A stretch of DNA of 64,000 bases from a virus. This document shows, piece by piece, positions 18,919 to 27,916 of this stretch. Numbering within the stretch: the first letter of the stretch is position 1; each line of letters starts with the position of its first letter. The notes under the pieces are model-generated. The model was not told where the DNA came from and ran no database searches. It worked only from the letters and a program-made list of their open reading frames with translations. The DNA is taken from IMG/VR virus record IMGVR_UViG_3300043607_000045, positions 7,161-71,160 of that record, one strand, 5' to 3'. Both the position numbers and the translations under genes were made by a program.

Positions 18919-19649
18919 CGTCGCCCCACGTAGGGGGTCGGTGCCGGTAGGGCGAGGTAGTTATTCGGTTGCGACGGCCAGGGCCAGATGGTGTAGCCCA
19001 GTTCTTTCAGGAACTGGTGCAGCTCGTCGAGCGAGGGATAATGATGGCGGGCGAGATCCGCCTCCCACTCGAAGACGATCGCCGGCTGATGCTTGCGCAG
19101 CGTGTTCTGGAGCCCGAGCAGCGCCGCGCCGTCGCAGCCCTGGGCGTCGACCTTGATCAGACTAACCTGATCCCCGTAGAGGTAGCCATAGTGATCGAGG
19201 GGCTCGCCGGGGAGGGGCTGATCCGGCTGGAAGCCGCTGGGCGGCCGCTCCAACGCTGTCGCCCCCATGTTGTGGAGATCATACGTCGGGGCGTAGAGCT
19301 GTGCCGTCGTATGGTAGGCGGCGACCTCCAGGGGGATCACCACGTCGGCGCAGGTCCGCTGGTTCAGGTCGAGATTCGCCTTCAGCCGCTGCATCGTCTG
19401 GGGCACGGGCTCGACCGCGATCACCCGCCAGGCGCCCTGGCTCGCGCAGTAGATGGAGAAGGATCCAATGTTGGCGCCGACGTCGATGATCGTGGTCCCG
19501 TGGGTACTGAAGCGGGCGAACTCCTTCGCGATCACCTGCAGGAAGCCGGGGCCATCCCAGAGCGTGCCGGCCTTGAGCGTGGTCCCGACACAGTCGTGCG
19601 GGTCGACCAGGAACTTGCCGAAGCGGGTCTCGACGACTTCATCGGGCAC
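18915..19649 (-). CDS. FkbM-family methyltransferase 2
   Basis: IDVGANIG, AVEPVP, NMGAT, LIKVDAQGCD, QPAIVFE. Confidence 0.9.
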   Translation of the reverse strand: MPDEVVETRFGKFLVDPHDCVGTTLKAGTLWDGPGFLQVIAKEFARFSTHGTTIIDVGANIGSFSIYCASQGAWRVIAVEPVPQTMQRLKANLDLNQRTCADVVIPLEVAAYHTTAQLYAPTYDLHNMGATALERPPSGFQPDQPLPGEPLDHYGYLYGDQVSLIKVDAQGCDGAALLGLQNTLRKHQPAIVFEWEADLARHHYPSLDELHQFLKELGYTIWPWPSQPNNYLALPAPTPYVGRR

Positions 19650-20442
19650 AGATCACCTCTTTGAGGGTCGCCGCCGTATGCCGCGCGTCGAAGGTCGGCT
19701 GCCCGTCCAGCCCGAGGACCATCGTCACCTGGGGCCCGTGCATCCCGACCGGGTAGAAGATCGGATTGTGCCGCGCCTCCATCGGCTCCATGATCACCAC
19801 CGGAGTCCCTATAGCGACCGCGAGCACATGCAGCGAGGAGCAGTCGGCGAGCATCAGGGTGGCGTCGGCGATCGCCTCGGCCGCCTGCAGCCAGGAGGAT
19901 CCCGCGAAGCCGGCCTCGGTCACCCAGCGCGATCCATGCGGGGTGAGGATGTGCCCCTTGGGGATCCCGGGGATCTCGACCTGGTTGAGGCAGCAGACGA
20001 GCCCGTATTTCAGCTCAAACCACGCCTCGGTGAAGCCGACGACCAGCGGATCCCCGGTGCCCGGCGCGCTCGGGACGGTGATCCAAGGCGTCTTCAGGTC
20101 TAGGGGCTCGATCACATGCCCGAGCTGCTTGACGGCTTGCAAGTAGGGCTCCTCGGGCAGCACGCGCTCGGGCCAGCGCTGGTACCCCAGATGAAGTACC
20201 TTCTCATAAGGCGAGATCACATCGTCCTCGATCGGGGGCTGCCAGCCCTGGCTCATGCCCCAGCGCGGATCCGCATACACCCGCCCGAGGTAGGGCTGGC
20301 GTTCGAGCAGCTCGACCAGCCCGCTGAACTCGCCGGCGATCCGGAGGTCGACCGGCCCGAAGCCCGAGTCGTGCAGGGCGCGGAGGGTGGGGAGGGCCCA
20401 GAGCAGATCCCCGTGCCGCCCTGGGAAGGTGCAATGGATCAT
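19639..20442 (-). CDS. Glycosyltransferase, GT9 (heptosyltransferase-like)
   Basis: RHGDLLWALPTLRAL at N-terminus; DCSSLHVLAVAIGTPVV at C-terminus. Confidence 0.82.
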   Translation of the reverse strand: MIHCTFPGRHGDLLWALPTLRALHDSGFGPVDLRIAGEFSGLVELLERQPYLGRVYADPRWGMSQGWQPPIEDDVISPYEKVLHLGYQRWPERVLPEEPYLQAVKQLGHVIEPLDLKTPWITVPSAPGTGDPLVVGFTEAWFELKYGLVCCLNQVEIPGIPKGHILTPHGSRWVTEAGFAGSSWLQAAEAIADATLMLADCSSLHVLAVAIGTPVVIMEPMEARHNPIFYPVGMHGPQVTMVLGLDGQPTFDARHTAATLKEVICAR

Positions 20443-20603
20443 CGGAAGATCTCCTCGCCCTCGGGCAGGGTGGCCACGATCGTGATCGTGAGGATCGATC
20501 GGGGGATCTCCCCCACCGACTCGGTCAGCTTCTCGTACGCCTGATCCTCGGTCTCCGCCTCGACGTAGATCTTGTCGCCCTGGGCCGCGAACTCGAAGAT
20601 CAC
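20439..20603 (-). CDS. Small acidic hypothetical protein
   Basis: Read by hand: MIFEFAAQGDKIYVEAETEDQAYEKL...; GTGA and ATGA coupling. Confidence 0.65.
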   Translation of the reverse strand: MIFEFAAQGDKIYVEAETEDQAYEKLTESVGEIPRSILTITIVATLPEGEEIFR

Positions 20604-20866
20604 GCCGACACCGCTGGATCCTTGGGGGATCCGAAGATCAGCACCACCTGGATCTTCTCCTTGACCAGGTCCATCCAGGCGACATTCGGGGCGACCGCGC
20701 CGACGTCGGTCAGGGGCATCGGTGCCGCGTCGATCGCCATCTCGACCCGGTCGACGTCGAGCAGCTCGGTGCTGCTATGGCCGCGCGAGTCATAGCGCCG
20801 CAGCTTGACCACCCCCTCGACCGGGAACCGCTGCAGCTGCTTGATCAGATCCCCGTTGGTGATCAT
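20600..20866 (-). CDS. Hypothetical protein
   Basis: GGAGG SD; MITNGDLIKQLQRFP start. Confidence 0.65.
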   Translation of the reverse strand: MITNGDLIKQLQRFPVEGVVKLRRYDSRGHSSTELLDVDRVEMAIDAAPMPLTDVGAVAPNVAWMDLVKEKIQVVLIFGSPKDPAVSA

Positions 20867-21069
20867 GGTTGGTCCTCCGCCGGCGGGGTCTTCCCGCGGC
20901 CGCCGTGGCTCGCCGCGCCGCCCTTCCGGCCGGCCTCGCGCGCCTCCTCGGCGGTCCACTCGTGTGCGGTCCCCTTCTTGTGGGCGGCCAGCCCGCCCTT
21001 GCTGGCGATCTCGCGTTGCCGGCTCGCGCTCATCACCGCGAAGCCCCGGGGTGTCTGTGACTTAGCCAT
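20863..21069 (-). CDS. KGG-repeat general stress protein (YciG/GsiB-like)
   Basis: RGFAVM...REIASKGG...EEAREAGRKGG; GGAGGAGG SD. Confidence 0.88.
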   Translation of the reverse strand: MAKSQTPRGFAVMSASRQREIASKGGLAAHKKGTAHEWTAEEAREAGRKGGAASHGGRGKTPPAEDQP

Positions 21070-21193
21070 CAGTCTGCCTCCTCCGCGTTTACGCCGACGA
21101 CAGTCGGCGCAGTAGATATGGGTGACCCGGCGACCGCGACAGCCGGGGCAGCGGCCGCGTGCCTTGAGCCGTTCGCGATAGCGGCGATCCTTG

Positions 21194-21517
21194 CTACGCG
21201 CGACGATAGATCCCACGCTGGGTACCGCACCTCGACCGCCCACCCGATGATCCCCGTCCGCCCCTTGATCTTCGGGATCGCGGTCGCTTGATGCCGTAGG
21301 CGCCCACGGTGACGCTGATCTTGCGCCCGGTGGCTGAGAGCCGTTCCAGCCAGACCTTGTATTGCCAGCTCCCGGGTGACGGGTGCTTCCCGAGATAGAA
21401 GACCGGATCATCCGCTTCGCCGCGCTCCCATTCCGCCGGCTTCTTGCGGTAGTTCAAGACGAGCACGACGTCGCCGTCTCGCGCGATCGGATCGGGGATC
21501 GTCATGGCGTCATCCAT
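21194..21517 (-). CDS. Hypothetical protein
   Basis: Codon bias; fills the operon; start could be 21505. Confidence 0.5.
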   Translation of the reverse strand: MDDAMTIPDPIARDGDVVLVLNYRKKPAEWERGEADDPVFYLGKHPSPGSWQYKVWLERLSATGRKISVTVGAYGIKRPRSRRSRGGRGSSGGRSRCGTQRGIYRRA

Positions 21518-21551
21518 CGCCGCACCCGCGCGGCTTCGGAGGGCATCAGGG

Positions 21552-21752
21552 TCACGCGAAGAGCTGCTCGCCCGGTTCTCCGGGGAGATCCCCGACCGGC
21601 GTCGACGGCGCGACCTTCTCGCAGTCCGCCATCCGAAATTCCCGCCGTCTGCCGGCGCCGATCCGTCCCTGAATCTGGACGACGTCACCGTCGGGGGTCC
21701 GGACCTTGTCGCCGACCTTGACTACCCGACCGTTCATGTCTCGTAGGGCCAT
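21552..21752 (-). CDS. Small SH3/KOW-like protein
   Basis: DMNGRVVKVGDKV motif; AGGAGG SD; resembles 54797 and 54985. Confidence 0.65.
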   Translation of the reverse strand: MALRDMNGRVVKVGDKVRTPDGDVVQIQGRIGAGRRREFRMADCEKVAPSTPVGDLPGEPGEQLFA

Positions 21753-21761
21753 CTGATCCTC

Positions 21762-22085
21762 CTATTTCGGTTTCCTCGGTGTCCGTCCCGCCCGTTTCCG
21801 GCTCGCGATCAATCCCAGGATCTGCCGGCGCCAGCGCTTCCAGTGGGAGAGCTGCTCGGCGTCCTTCAGGGGGATCACCGTGCCCCATCGTGGCCCCATC
21901 ACGTAGCCCAGTTGGAAGAGCACGATCTCCTTGCAGGCCCCGACGTGGTTACTCGCTGCGCTCTTGACAAAGCCCTCTTTATGCCCCCCGCGCAGCCACT
22001 CAGCCCCACAGTAGGGGCACCAGAAATAGGTGATCCCCTGTTGGAGCCCGAGGTTTCGGATTACCCGCTCCACGCGGAGGATCAT
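21762..22085 (-). CDS. Hypothetical protein with CPYC...H...C
   Basis: ATGA-coupled to the helicase stop. Confidence 0.6.
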   Translation of the reverse strand: MILRVERVIRNLGLQQGITYFWCPYCGAEWLRGGHKEGFVKSAASNHVGACKEIVLFQLGYVMGPRWGTVIPLKDAEQLSHWKRWRRQILGLIASRKRAGRTPRKPK

Positions 22086-23917
22086 AGCCACGCTTTCAAC
22101 CGCGGATCCGCCACGCACCGCTCCAGCACCGCCGCCTCTGACCCGACCAGCCGCAGCCCCTTCCCACTCCGCGCCCGGCTCAGCGCGACGTACATCATCC
22201 CCGGCGACTTGAAGAAGGCGTCCCTAATATTGACCTGCACCGCATCGAGCGAGAGCCCTTGGCTCTTATGGACGGTGCTGGCATACCCCACCCGCAGAGG
22301 CATGTACTCGATCCACCCGGTGATCTCGAACTTGCCGTTCTCCGAGATCAGGTGATCCTTGTGCAGGTCTCGTAGTTCCTTCCGGCGCGCGGCGTCGCAC
22401 GGGATGGTGACCTCTCTCCTGCAGTAGGCCACCTGCACCACCTCCGCGTTGCGCTTCAGCTGCACCCAGCAGGAGAACTCGTCGGCTTCCACGATGGTCC
22501 CGAGGTCGCCATTCACGTACTCGAAGGCTTGCGGCGGGGGGCCCTCAAACCGTTTATTCGCCAGGATCATCACCAGGGCGCCGATCTTCACATGCAGCCG
22601 GAGGGGGATCCCCCAGGTCACGGGTTCCTTCTTCGGGTTGCCCCACTCGGAGCGCTGCTCGCCCTCTCTTCGACTCTCGAAGTAGAGATCCCGCCCGATC
22701 AACCGCCCCAGCCGGATCCAGTTATACCGGTCGACCGGCTGATTCTTCGCGAAGAGGGTCGGCCCGTCGAACTGGTCGTCGGTCTCGCTATGGATCCCGC
22801 CATGACTCCGGAAGTAGGCCAGCACCGTCTTCCCGTCCCCCACCCGCGCCGCCCGCAGCATCTGGATGAAGGGCTGCTCGCTCTGCCTTCTGATCTCGGT
22901 CAGCGTGATGGTGTGCCCCGGCTCCGCAAACCGCCCCCACTCCGGGCTCTCCCACGCAAACGTCCCATTCACCGGCGGCAGCTGGGCGAAGTCGCCGACC
23001 AAGGTGATCCCCATCGCCGGCGGCTCCGCATCATCGTCATCCGTCCATTTCCCGATCACATAGCCGCGGCCGTTGACCTCTTCGATCCCCTTGACGATGT
23101 AGGTCAGCGCGTCGCCCTCCAGCATCGAGACCTCGTCGAGCACCAAGCGCTTGATCCCCGCCCGCCACAGCCGGCCCAGGCGCGCGCTCAAGAATCCGTT
23201 GGTGTAGCTCTCCTGCAGGCTCTTGGTGTCGAAGTAGCCGAGGGTCGCATTGATCGTGGTCCCACCCAGGTTCAGCGCGGCAATCCCGGTGGTCGCCAGC
23301 AGCAGCAGCCCCTTCTCGCGCCGTTGCCAGTCCTGCACCGCGAAGGTCTTGCCACACCCCGCCGGCCCCGCCAGGTAGGTAAAGGGTGGGGTCTGATCCC
23401 CCCAGAGCGGCTCGCTGACGATCAGACGCGCAGCAGGATCAGCAACAGGATCTTCATCAACAAGACCCCCACCGCTAGGCACAGCGCCGCCCACATCGCC
23501 GCCGCCAGGGACCAGTCCAGCCGCTCCGGCTGCTTCATGGGATCCTTCTCTGGGCTGCCCGAGGTAGTCGGGCCGCCAGGTGATGGGGGTATCCACCCCG
23601 ATGCTCGCCGGGATCCCCTGGATCGGCAGCGGCTCGAAGGGGAGGGGCGTATCGACCCACGCCTGCACAATGGATCCCCCGCACCCGCCATGCCGCATCC
23701 CGACGAAGTCGCGCTCGAAGCCATTCCCACACTTCGCGCACACCCCTGGGAGGGCCGAGTCGCTAGCGTTCAGCAAGTCGATCTTCGACGCCAGCACCTG
23801 CTCGGGGACGGGATACTCTGCACCCCGAGGTACTGTACGTACACCCTCGTCTGTACGGGCGCCCAGTTTGGGCAAGCCGTCGTCGACGTCCATCCGGGTC
23901 CGCGGGGTCTGGATCAT
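22082..23917 (-). CDS. SF1B Pif1/RecD-like DNA helicase with N-terminal Zn-ribbon extension
   Basis: GPAGCGKT, ATTGIAA, LDEVSM, GDFAQLPPV, RQ, TVHKSQG, YVALSR. Confidence 0.93.
   Translation of the reverse strand: MIQTPRTRMDVDDGLPKLGARTDEGVRTVPRGAEYPVPEQVLASKIDLLNASDSALPGVCAKCGNGFERDFVGMRHGGCGGSIVQAWVDTPLPFEPLPIQGIPASIGVDTPITWRPDYLGQPREGSHEAAGAAGLVPGGGDVGGAVPSGGGLVDEDPVADPAARLIVSEPLWGDQTPPFTYLAGPAGCGKTFAVQDWQRREKGLLLLATTGIAALNLGGTTINATLGYFDTKSLQESYTNGFLSARLGRLWRAGIKRLVLDEVSMLEGDALTYIVKGIEEVNGRGYVIGKWTDDDDAEPPAMGITLVGDFAQLPPVNGTFAWESPEWGRFAEPGHTITLTEIRRQSEQPFIQMLRAARVGDGKTVLAYFRSHGGIHSETDDQFDGPTLFAKNQPVDRYNWIRLGRLIGRDLYFESRREGEQRSEWGNPKKEPVTWGIPLRLHVKIGALVMILANKRFEGPPPQAFEYVNGDLGTIVEADEFSCWVQLKRNAEVVQVAYCRREVTIPCDAARRKELRDLHKDHLISENGKFEITGWIEYMPLRVGYASTVHKSQGLSLDAVQVNIRDAFFKSPGMMYVALSRARSGKGLRLVGSEAAVLERCVADPRLKAWL
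23422..23538 (-). CDS. Candidate overprinted single-TM peptide inside the helicase (+1 frame)
   Basis: MKQPERLDWSLAAAMWAALCLAVGVLLMKILLLILLRV; AAGGA SD; all but one sense codon end in G/C. Confidence 0.55.
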   Translation of the reverse strand: MKQPERLDWSLAAAMWAALCLAVGVLLMKILLLILLRV

Positions 23918-24159
23918 GTGGACTGCACCGCCTCCAGGACGCGCCGGAAGTCCGCCTCGTCGTCCTCCTCGCTCGCGATTGCGACCAGCCAGGCGGCGAG
24001 CAACAGGGCATCCCCCCGCGTGATCTTCTGCGGGAGTGGCTTCAGGAAGACGAGATGCGCGCCGTTGCTCCCGACCAGGAACTTATTGCTGGTGTCGAGG
24101 TCCAGGTCCGGTGCCTTCTTTGTAGATCCGCCGGTCTCAGTCGTAGCGTCCGTGCTCAT
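23914..24159 (-). CDS. Hypothetical protein
   Basis: Coupled overlap; codon bias. Confidence 0.65.
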   Translation of the reverse strand: MSTDATTETGGSTKKAPDLDLDTSNKFLVGSNGAHLVFLKPLPQKITRGDALLLAAWLVAIASEEDDEADFRRVLEAVQST

Positions 24160-24418
24160 AGTCGGTCCCTTTCAGTTTGCGGAAGCCTTGCTCGTAGAGC
24201 CAGACCTCGGGATCGTCGTTGTCGGGTACGAAGTAGGGCAGGCGCTCGGTGGGGATCACCTCGAAGCTAATCACCCGTCTCGGTTCAGGCGGCGGCACCA
24301 CGATCGGCGCGTCCTCCCGTTCCCGTCGCCGCGCCATCTGACGCTGGGCTCTGGTTTTTCTCACACAGACCTCGCCGACCTGCAGCAGCAGGTCTATTAG
24401 GGTACCGACGGTGATCAC
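24137..24418 (-). CDS. Hypothetical protein
   Basis: GTGA coupling. Confidence 0.55.
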   Translation of the reverse strand: MITVGTLIDLLLQVGEVCVRKTRAQRQMARRREREDAPIVVPPPEPRRVISFEVIPTERLPYFVPDNDDPEVWLYEQGFRKLKGTDYEHGRYD

Positions 24419-25293
24419 ACTCTGAGCGGGAGCACGTCCCGAAACGCCTCGTAGCCGACCGCGTGGGCCTTCTCCCAGAATCCCTGATCCCCTTTGTCGG
24501 TCTGCTGCTTGGCCCAGTCCTGATAGCCCGGATCCCCCACCGCTGTCCGGCCGCCGTGGTGCTGGCTGCGCAGCGGGAGGTACCAGGTCTCCCAGCCATG
24601 GCGGGCCGCGATCGCGCCTAACAGCGAGTCGTAGAGGTGGTGCACGATCCCCAGCTCGGCGAGATACTCCCAGACCGGCCGCGCGACCGCCCGCTCCGCT
24701 TGGGTGGTGTGGTGACTCGCCCGCTCCGCCGCGATCTTGGCCGGCGACCAGACCCCCTTCCAGAAGTCGCGCCGGCCGACCTGCGAGAAGCCGTCCAGGC
24801 AGGCCACCTGCTCGCGCAGCAGGCTCCGCACGCCATGGACCTCGGCGTCCACCAGGTTGCTCCGGAAGCCCACCCGGGCGAGGCTCATGGGGTCGTAGGG
24901 CCGCTGGTACATGTCGTGCGCCCCGAGCCCGATCGCGCCACCAAAGCCGGCGAGCCCGAGGTTGGGCTGCTGGGCGAAGCAGCGCCGGACCAGCTGATCC
25001 CAGCCCGGCTCCAGGATCTCGTAGTCGTCATGGAGGCAGGCGATGATGTCGAAGGGGCCCGATAGCGCGGCCGCCACGCCCCGTTCAAACGCTCGCACGC
25101 TCCCGAGGTAGTCGGGCATCGACACCCAGGCGACCTGGGTCCCCTCGACGGTGACCCCGGTAATCCGCTCCCCGCCATTGTGGATGAGGAAGATCGGCGG
25201 GGGATCCTGTGCCATGGCGATCCAGCTCAGAAGGCAGGGCATCGCGCGCTCGACGTTGCTGGTGGCGGTGACGATCGCAAGGCTCAGGCTCAT
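24415..25293 (-). CDS. Glycosyltransferase, GT-A (GT2-like)
   Basis: IIACLHDD, GLAGFGG, VACLDG, HHLYD, HHGG motifs; ATGA start. Confidence 0.82.
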   Translation of the reverse strand: MSLSLAIVTATSNVERAMPCLLSWIAMAQDPPPIFLIHNGGERITGVTVEGTQVAWVSMPDYLGSVRAFERGVAAALSGPFDIIACLHDDYEILEPGWDQLVRRCFAQQPNLGLAGFGGAIGLGAHDMYQRPYDPMSLARVGFRSNLVDAEVHGVRSLLREQVACLDGFSQVGRRDFWKGVWSPAKIAAERASHHTTQAERAVARPVWEYLAELGIVHHLYDSLLGAIAARHGWETWYLPLRSQHHGGRTAVGDPGYQDWAKQQTDKGDQGFWEKAHAVGYEAFRDVLPLRV

Positions 25294-25523
25294 GTCGGAT
25301 CCTTCTTGTCGAGTTTGTCCTGCCACGCGGCGATCGGCGACTTCATGGTCGGCTCCGCCATCTGCTGCGCGTGGCGGGTGTAGGTCTGCCAGTACTCCGG
25401 CCAGGCGGCTTTGATCCGCGCCTGGTTGACGCCGTCGGCCAGCTGCCACAGCTCGCCGAGCTTGGCGACAAAGCTCCCGCCCCGGTGGCGCATCGCCCGG
25501 GCGACGTCGTCATCGTTGATCAC
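25290..25523 (-). CDS. Hypothetical protein
   Basis: GGSFVAKL...AD..N..RIKAAWPEYW, a pattern common in phage ORFs. Confidence 0.7.
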   Translation of the reverse strand: MINDDDVARAMRHRGGSFVAKLGELWQLADGVNQARIKAAWPEYWQTYTRHAQQMAEPTMKSPIAAWQDKLDKKDPT

Positions 25524-25840
25524 GCCTCGCCCTCCGGCTTGGGTGGCAGCACCGCGAAGGGTGTCGGGCCGGCCTCCTCCGCGGTCCTGACCCGGATGAA
25601 CTCGGGATTGACCGCCCCGCGCCGCGCCGCAAAGGGGATCATCGCGCCGATCTGCACCAGCAGCAGGTCCGCCGGCGCGCCCGGATCCAGACTCGGCTCG
25701 ATGCTGGCGATGCGGAAGAAAATCGGCCCGGTCACGGCTAGGATGATCTCGTCGCCCTCGTGCAGGATCCGCCCACGGCAGTCCTTCGTCCCTGTGTTTA
25801 ACTCCATCCCGGCCTCCCTCAGCTTGGATTCTCTCCCCAT
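25520..25840 (-). CDS. Hypothetical protein
   Basis: KDCRGRILHEGDEI motif; adjacent coupling. Confidence 0.65.
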   Translation of the reverse strand: MGRESKLREAGMELNTGTKDCRGRILHEGDEIILAVTGPIFFRIASIEPSLDPGAPADLLLVQIGAMIPFAARRGAVNPEFIRVRTAEEAGPTPFAVLPPKPEGEA

Positions 25841-26104
25841 TTAATTCCTCGACGGATCCTTCGGGCGTGTCGTGCGCAGCTCGTACGAGTCGATCTTCTC
25901 CGGCTCCGGACTGGTCAGCTCGGGGTGCAGGTCGATCGCCTCGATCACGATGTCGCGGATCGCCTTGAGGTGATGTCCCGCCAGCTCGATCACGGCGATC
26001 CCACAGAAGGGGCAGTCGATCTTGATCTCGACCACCATATACGCGGGACCGTGCTGCGGCTCGATCTTGAAGATCCGCCCGACCATCCTGGCTTCCTTCG
26101 CCAT
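25841..26104 (-). CDS. Hypothetical protein with CPFC
   Basis: Codon bias. Confidence 0.65.
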   Translation of the reverse strand: MAKEARMVGRIFKIEPQHGPAYMVVEIKIDCPFCGIAVIELAGHHLKAIRDIVIEAIDLHPELTSPEPEKIDSYELRTTRPKDPSRN

Positions 26105-26111
26105 AGGCCGC

Positions 26112-26324
26112 TCATTTCCCCCCGCGCGCGATCGCGATCACCGTCGACGAGCAGGGGATCGCGACCATCGCGAAGCTGTTCGCGCCCAACCCACCGTAGC
26201 GCGTCGCGAAGCAGAGATCGGTGCGCGCGTCGTAGAGGTACTGGATGTCGTTGACCACCTGCGACGGGGGATCCTGGCAGCCCATGGTCCCCAGACAGCC
26301 GAGGAGGAGCAGCACCCTGCGCAT
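26112..26324 (-). CDS. Small predicted lipoprotein
   Basis: MRRVLLLLGCLGTMGC lipobox-like signal; TGATG coupling. Confidence 0.65.
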   Translation of the reverse strand: MRRVLLLLGCLGTMGCQDPPSQVVNDIQYLYDARTDLCFATRYGGLGANSFAMVAIPCSSTVIAIARGGK

Positions 26325-27478
26325 CACAGCCCTTGTCGGATCCACCCCTGCCACCGCGGCCAGAGGCTCGTCCACTCCAGATGGGCGACCGCCCCGCGGC
26401 AGTAGCCCTGCACCGTCGCCGACCCGACCGCCTCTTCCCACTCCAGCACGCGCTCGATCGCGTTGGCGACGTCCTCGGCCCGGAACAGCGGCCGCTGGAG
26501 CGCATAGGTGCCCTCCAGGCGCAGCTCCCGCACCGGGAAGCGCCACTCGCGCCGGGGGATCAGTTCACGGCCGCCGGCGTAGTCGCCATGCACGACCGGC
26601 ACCCCCGCCGCCAAACTCTCCACGATCGGATACCCAAAGCCCTCGCCCAGGCCCGGCGCGATCGTGACCGCGCACTGCTGATAGAGGGCTTGGAGCTGGG
26701 GATCCGAATAGTTCTCGGTGCTGACGGTGACCCGCTTCGCCAGCCCGCAGTCCATCACCAACTGCTGGACGCTCCACGCCTTGACCAGGATGTCGGTGTG
26801 CAGCCAGCCATACACCGGGATCCCTCGGGCCTGTAGCTCCGCCAGGGTCTGGAAGTAGAGCCCGAGATCCTTCCGGGGCTGGTTGGTCGCGACACAGCCG
26901 ATGAGTAGATCCCGCTGCTTGAAGTGGGGCCCGAGCTGTTGGCGCGCCCACTCGGCCGAATATTCGGATCCCAGCAGTCCCGTCGCGCTGAGCCCGTGAG
27001 GCAGGTAGGGCACAGGGTCTCGCAGGGTGTGGATGATCTCGCTCCCCCAGCGGCCATACGCAATCACCCGATCGGCCAACTGCAGCGCCTGCCCGCCTGG
27101 CCCGCCGATCGTCCCGTTGCGGTTCTGGGCGTCGATCGCCGCATAGCTCCACAGCTGCACCAGCCCGCCGAGGATCCCGTGATAGTAGGCCAGCCGGCTG
27201 GGATCCCAGATCACCCAGATCACCCCGGGCCGGTCGCCAAAGTAGCTGCGGTAGATCTGCTCGACGTAGCTGGCCCCCCAATCCTCGCCGCGGTGCAGCC
27301 GTTCGTCCAGGGGGAAGTGGGGCCACTCCGTCCAGACTGGTGGCACAGGCCCCCCGACGGAGATCAGCTCCACCGGCAGATCGCTCGTGACGATCCGCCG
27401 GCCGAGATCTCGGAGGATCCGCCCAAGTCCCGTCGGCTCGGTCGGCCCGTCGCCCACCAGCAGGAGGGGCGTCTTCAT
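26324..27478 (-). CDS. Glycosyltransferase, GT4
   Basis: PTGLGR, LPHG, NQPRKD, GEGFGYPIVESLAAGVPVV (EX7E). Confidence 0.92.
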   Translation of the reverse strand: MKTPLLLVGDGPTEPTGLGRILRDLGRRIVTSDLPVELISVGGPVPPVWTEWPHFPLDERLHRGEDWGASYVEQIYRSYFGDRPGVIWVIWDPSRLAYYHGILGGLVQLWSYAAIDAQNRNGTIGGPGGQALQLADRVIAYGRWGSEIIHTLRDPVPYLPHGLSATGLLGSEYSAEWARQQLGPHFKQRDLLIGCVATNQPRKDLGLYFQTLAELQARGIPVYGWLHTDILVKAWSVQQLVMDCGLAKRVTVSTENYSDPQLQALYQQCAVTIAPGLGEGFGYPIVESLAAGVPVVHGDYAGGRELIPRREWRFPVRELRLEGTYALQRPLFRAEDVANAIERVLEWEEAVGSATVQGYCRGAVAHLEWTSLWPRWQGWIRQGL

Positions 27479-27481
27479 GGG

Positions 27482-27751
27482 CTATCCCTGCGGCGCGGCG
27501 GGCGTGTCAGCGCCGACGGGCGGGGCGCCGGCGGGCGGTGCCTGAGTGGTCCCGGCCGCGCGTCTTGGCGCTCTCGCCTGGGCCGGCTGGCCCGCCGCCG
27601 GTTCCTTCGCCGGCTTGTCCGGCTTGGCCTTGGGCTCCCGCTGCCGGATCGCCCGTCCCGCCAGCTGCAGCGCCAGCTTCGCCGCCTCCAGGGGGGCCTT
27701 CTCGAAGTAGTCGAGCACCGCGATCACGGTCGGTTCCTGTTTCCTCGGCAT
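27482..27751 (-). CDS. Hypothetical protein with Pro/Ala tail
   Basis: AGGAG SD; codon bias. Confidence 0.65.
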   Translation of the reverse strand: MPRKQEPTVIAVLDYFEKAPLEAAKLALQLAGRAIRQREPKAKPDKPAKEPAAGQPAQARAPRRAAGTTQAPPAGAPPVGADTPAAPQG

Positions 27752-27899
27752 TCTGATCTCCTTCTGCTCTCAGCGCGATCCCGTGCATGTCGATGACGTC
27801 GCGATCGAAGGCGTGGTCGTAGTTCGCGTTGCGAAGCAGCCGGGCGATCTCCGCGAAGGTCGCCCGGCTGACGTCGAGGATCGCGTAGGTGTGCGGCAC
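27507..27899 (-). CDS. Hypothetical protein; C-terminal part overlaps the next gene
   Basis: HTYAILDVS...IDMHGIAL looks coding; the overlapping tail is low quality. Confidence 0.55.
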   Translation of the reverse strand: MPHTYAILDVSRATFAEIARLLRNANYDHAFDRDVIDMHGIALRAEGDQNAEETGTDRDRGARLLREGPPGGGEAGAAAGGTGDPAAGAQGQAGQAGEGTGGGPAGPGESAKTRGRDHSGTARRRPARRR

Positions 27900-27916
27900 C
27901 CTGATCCCCCTGATCC

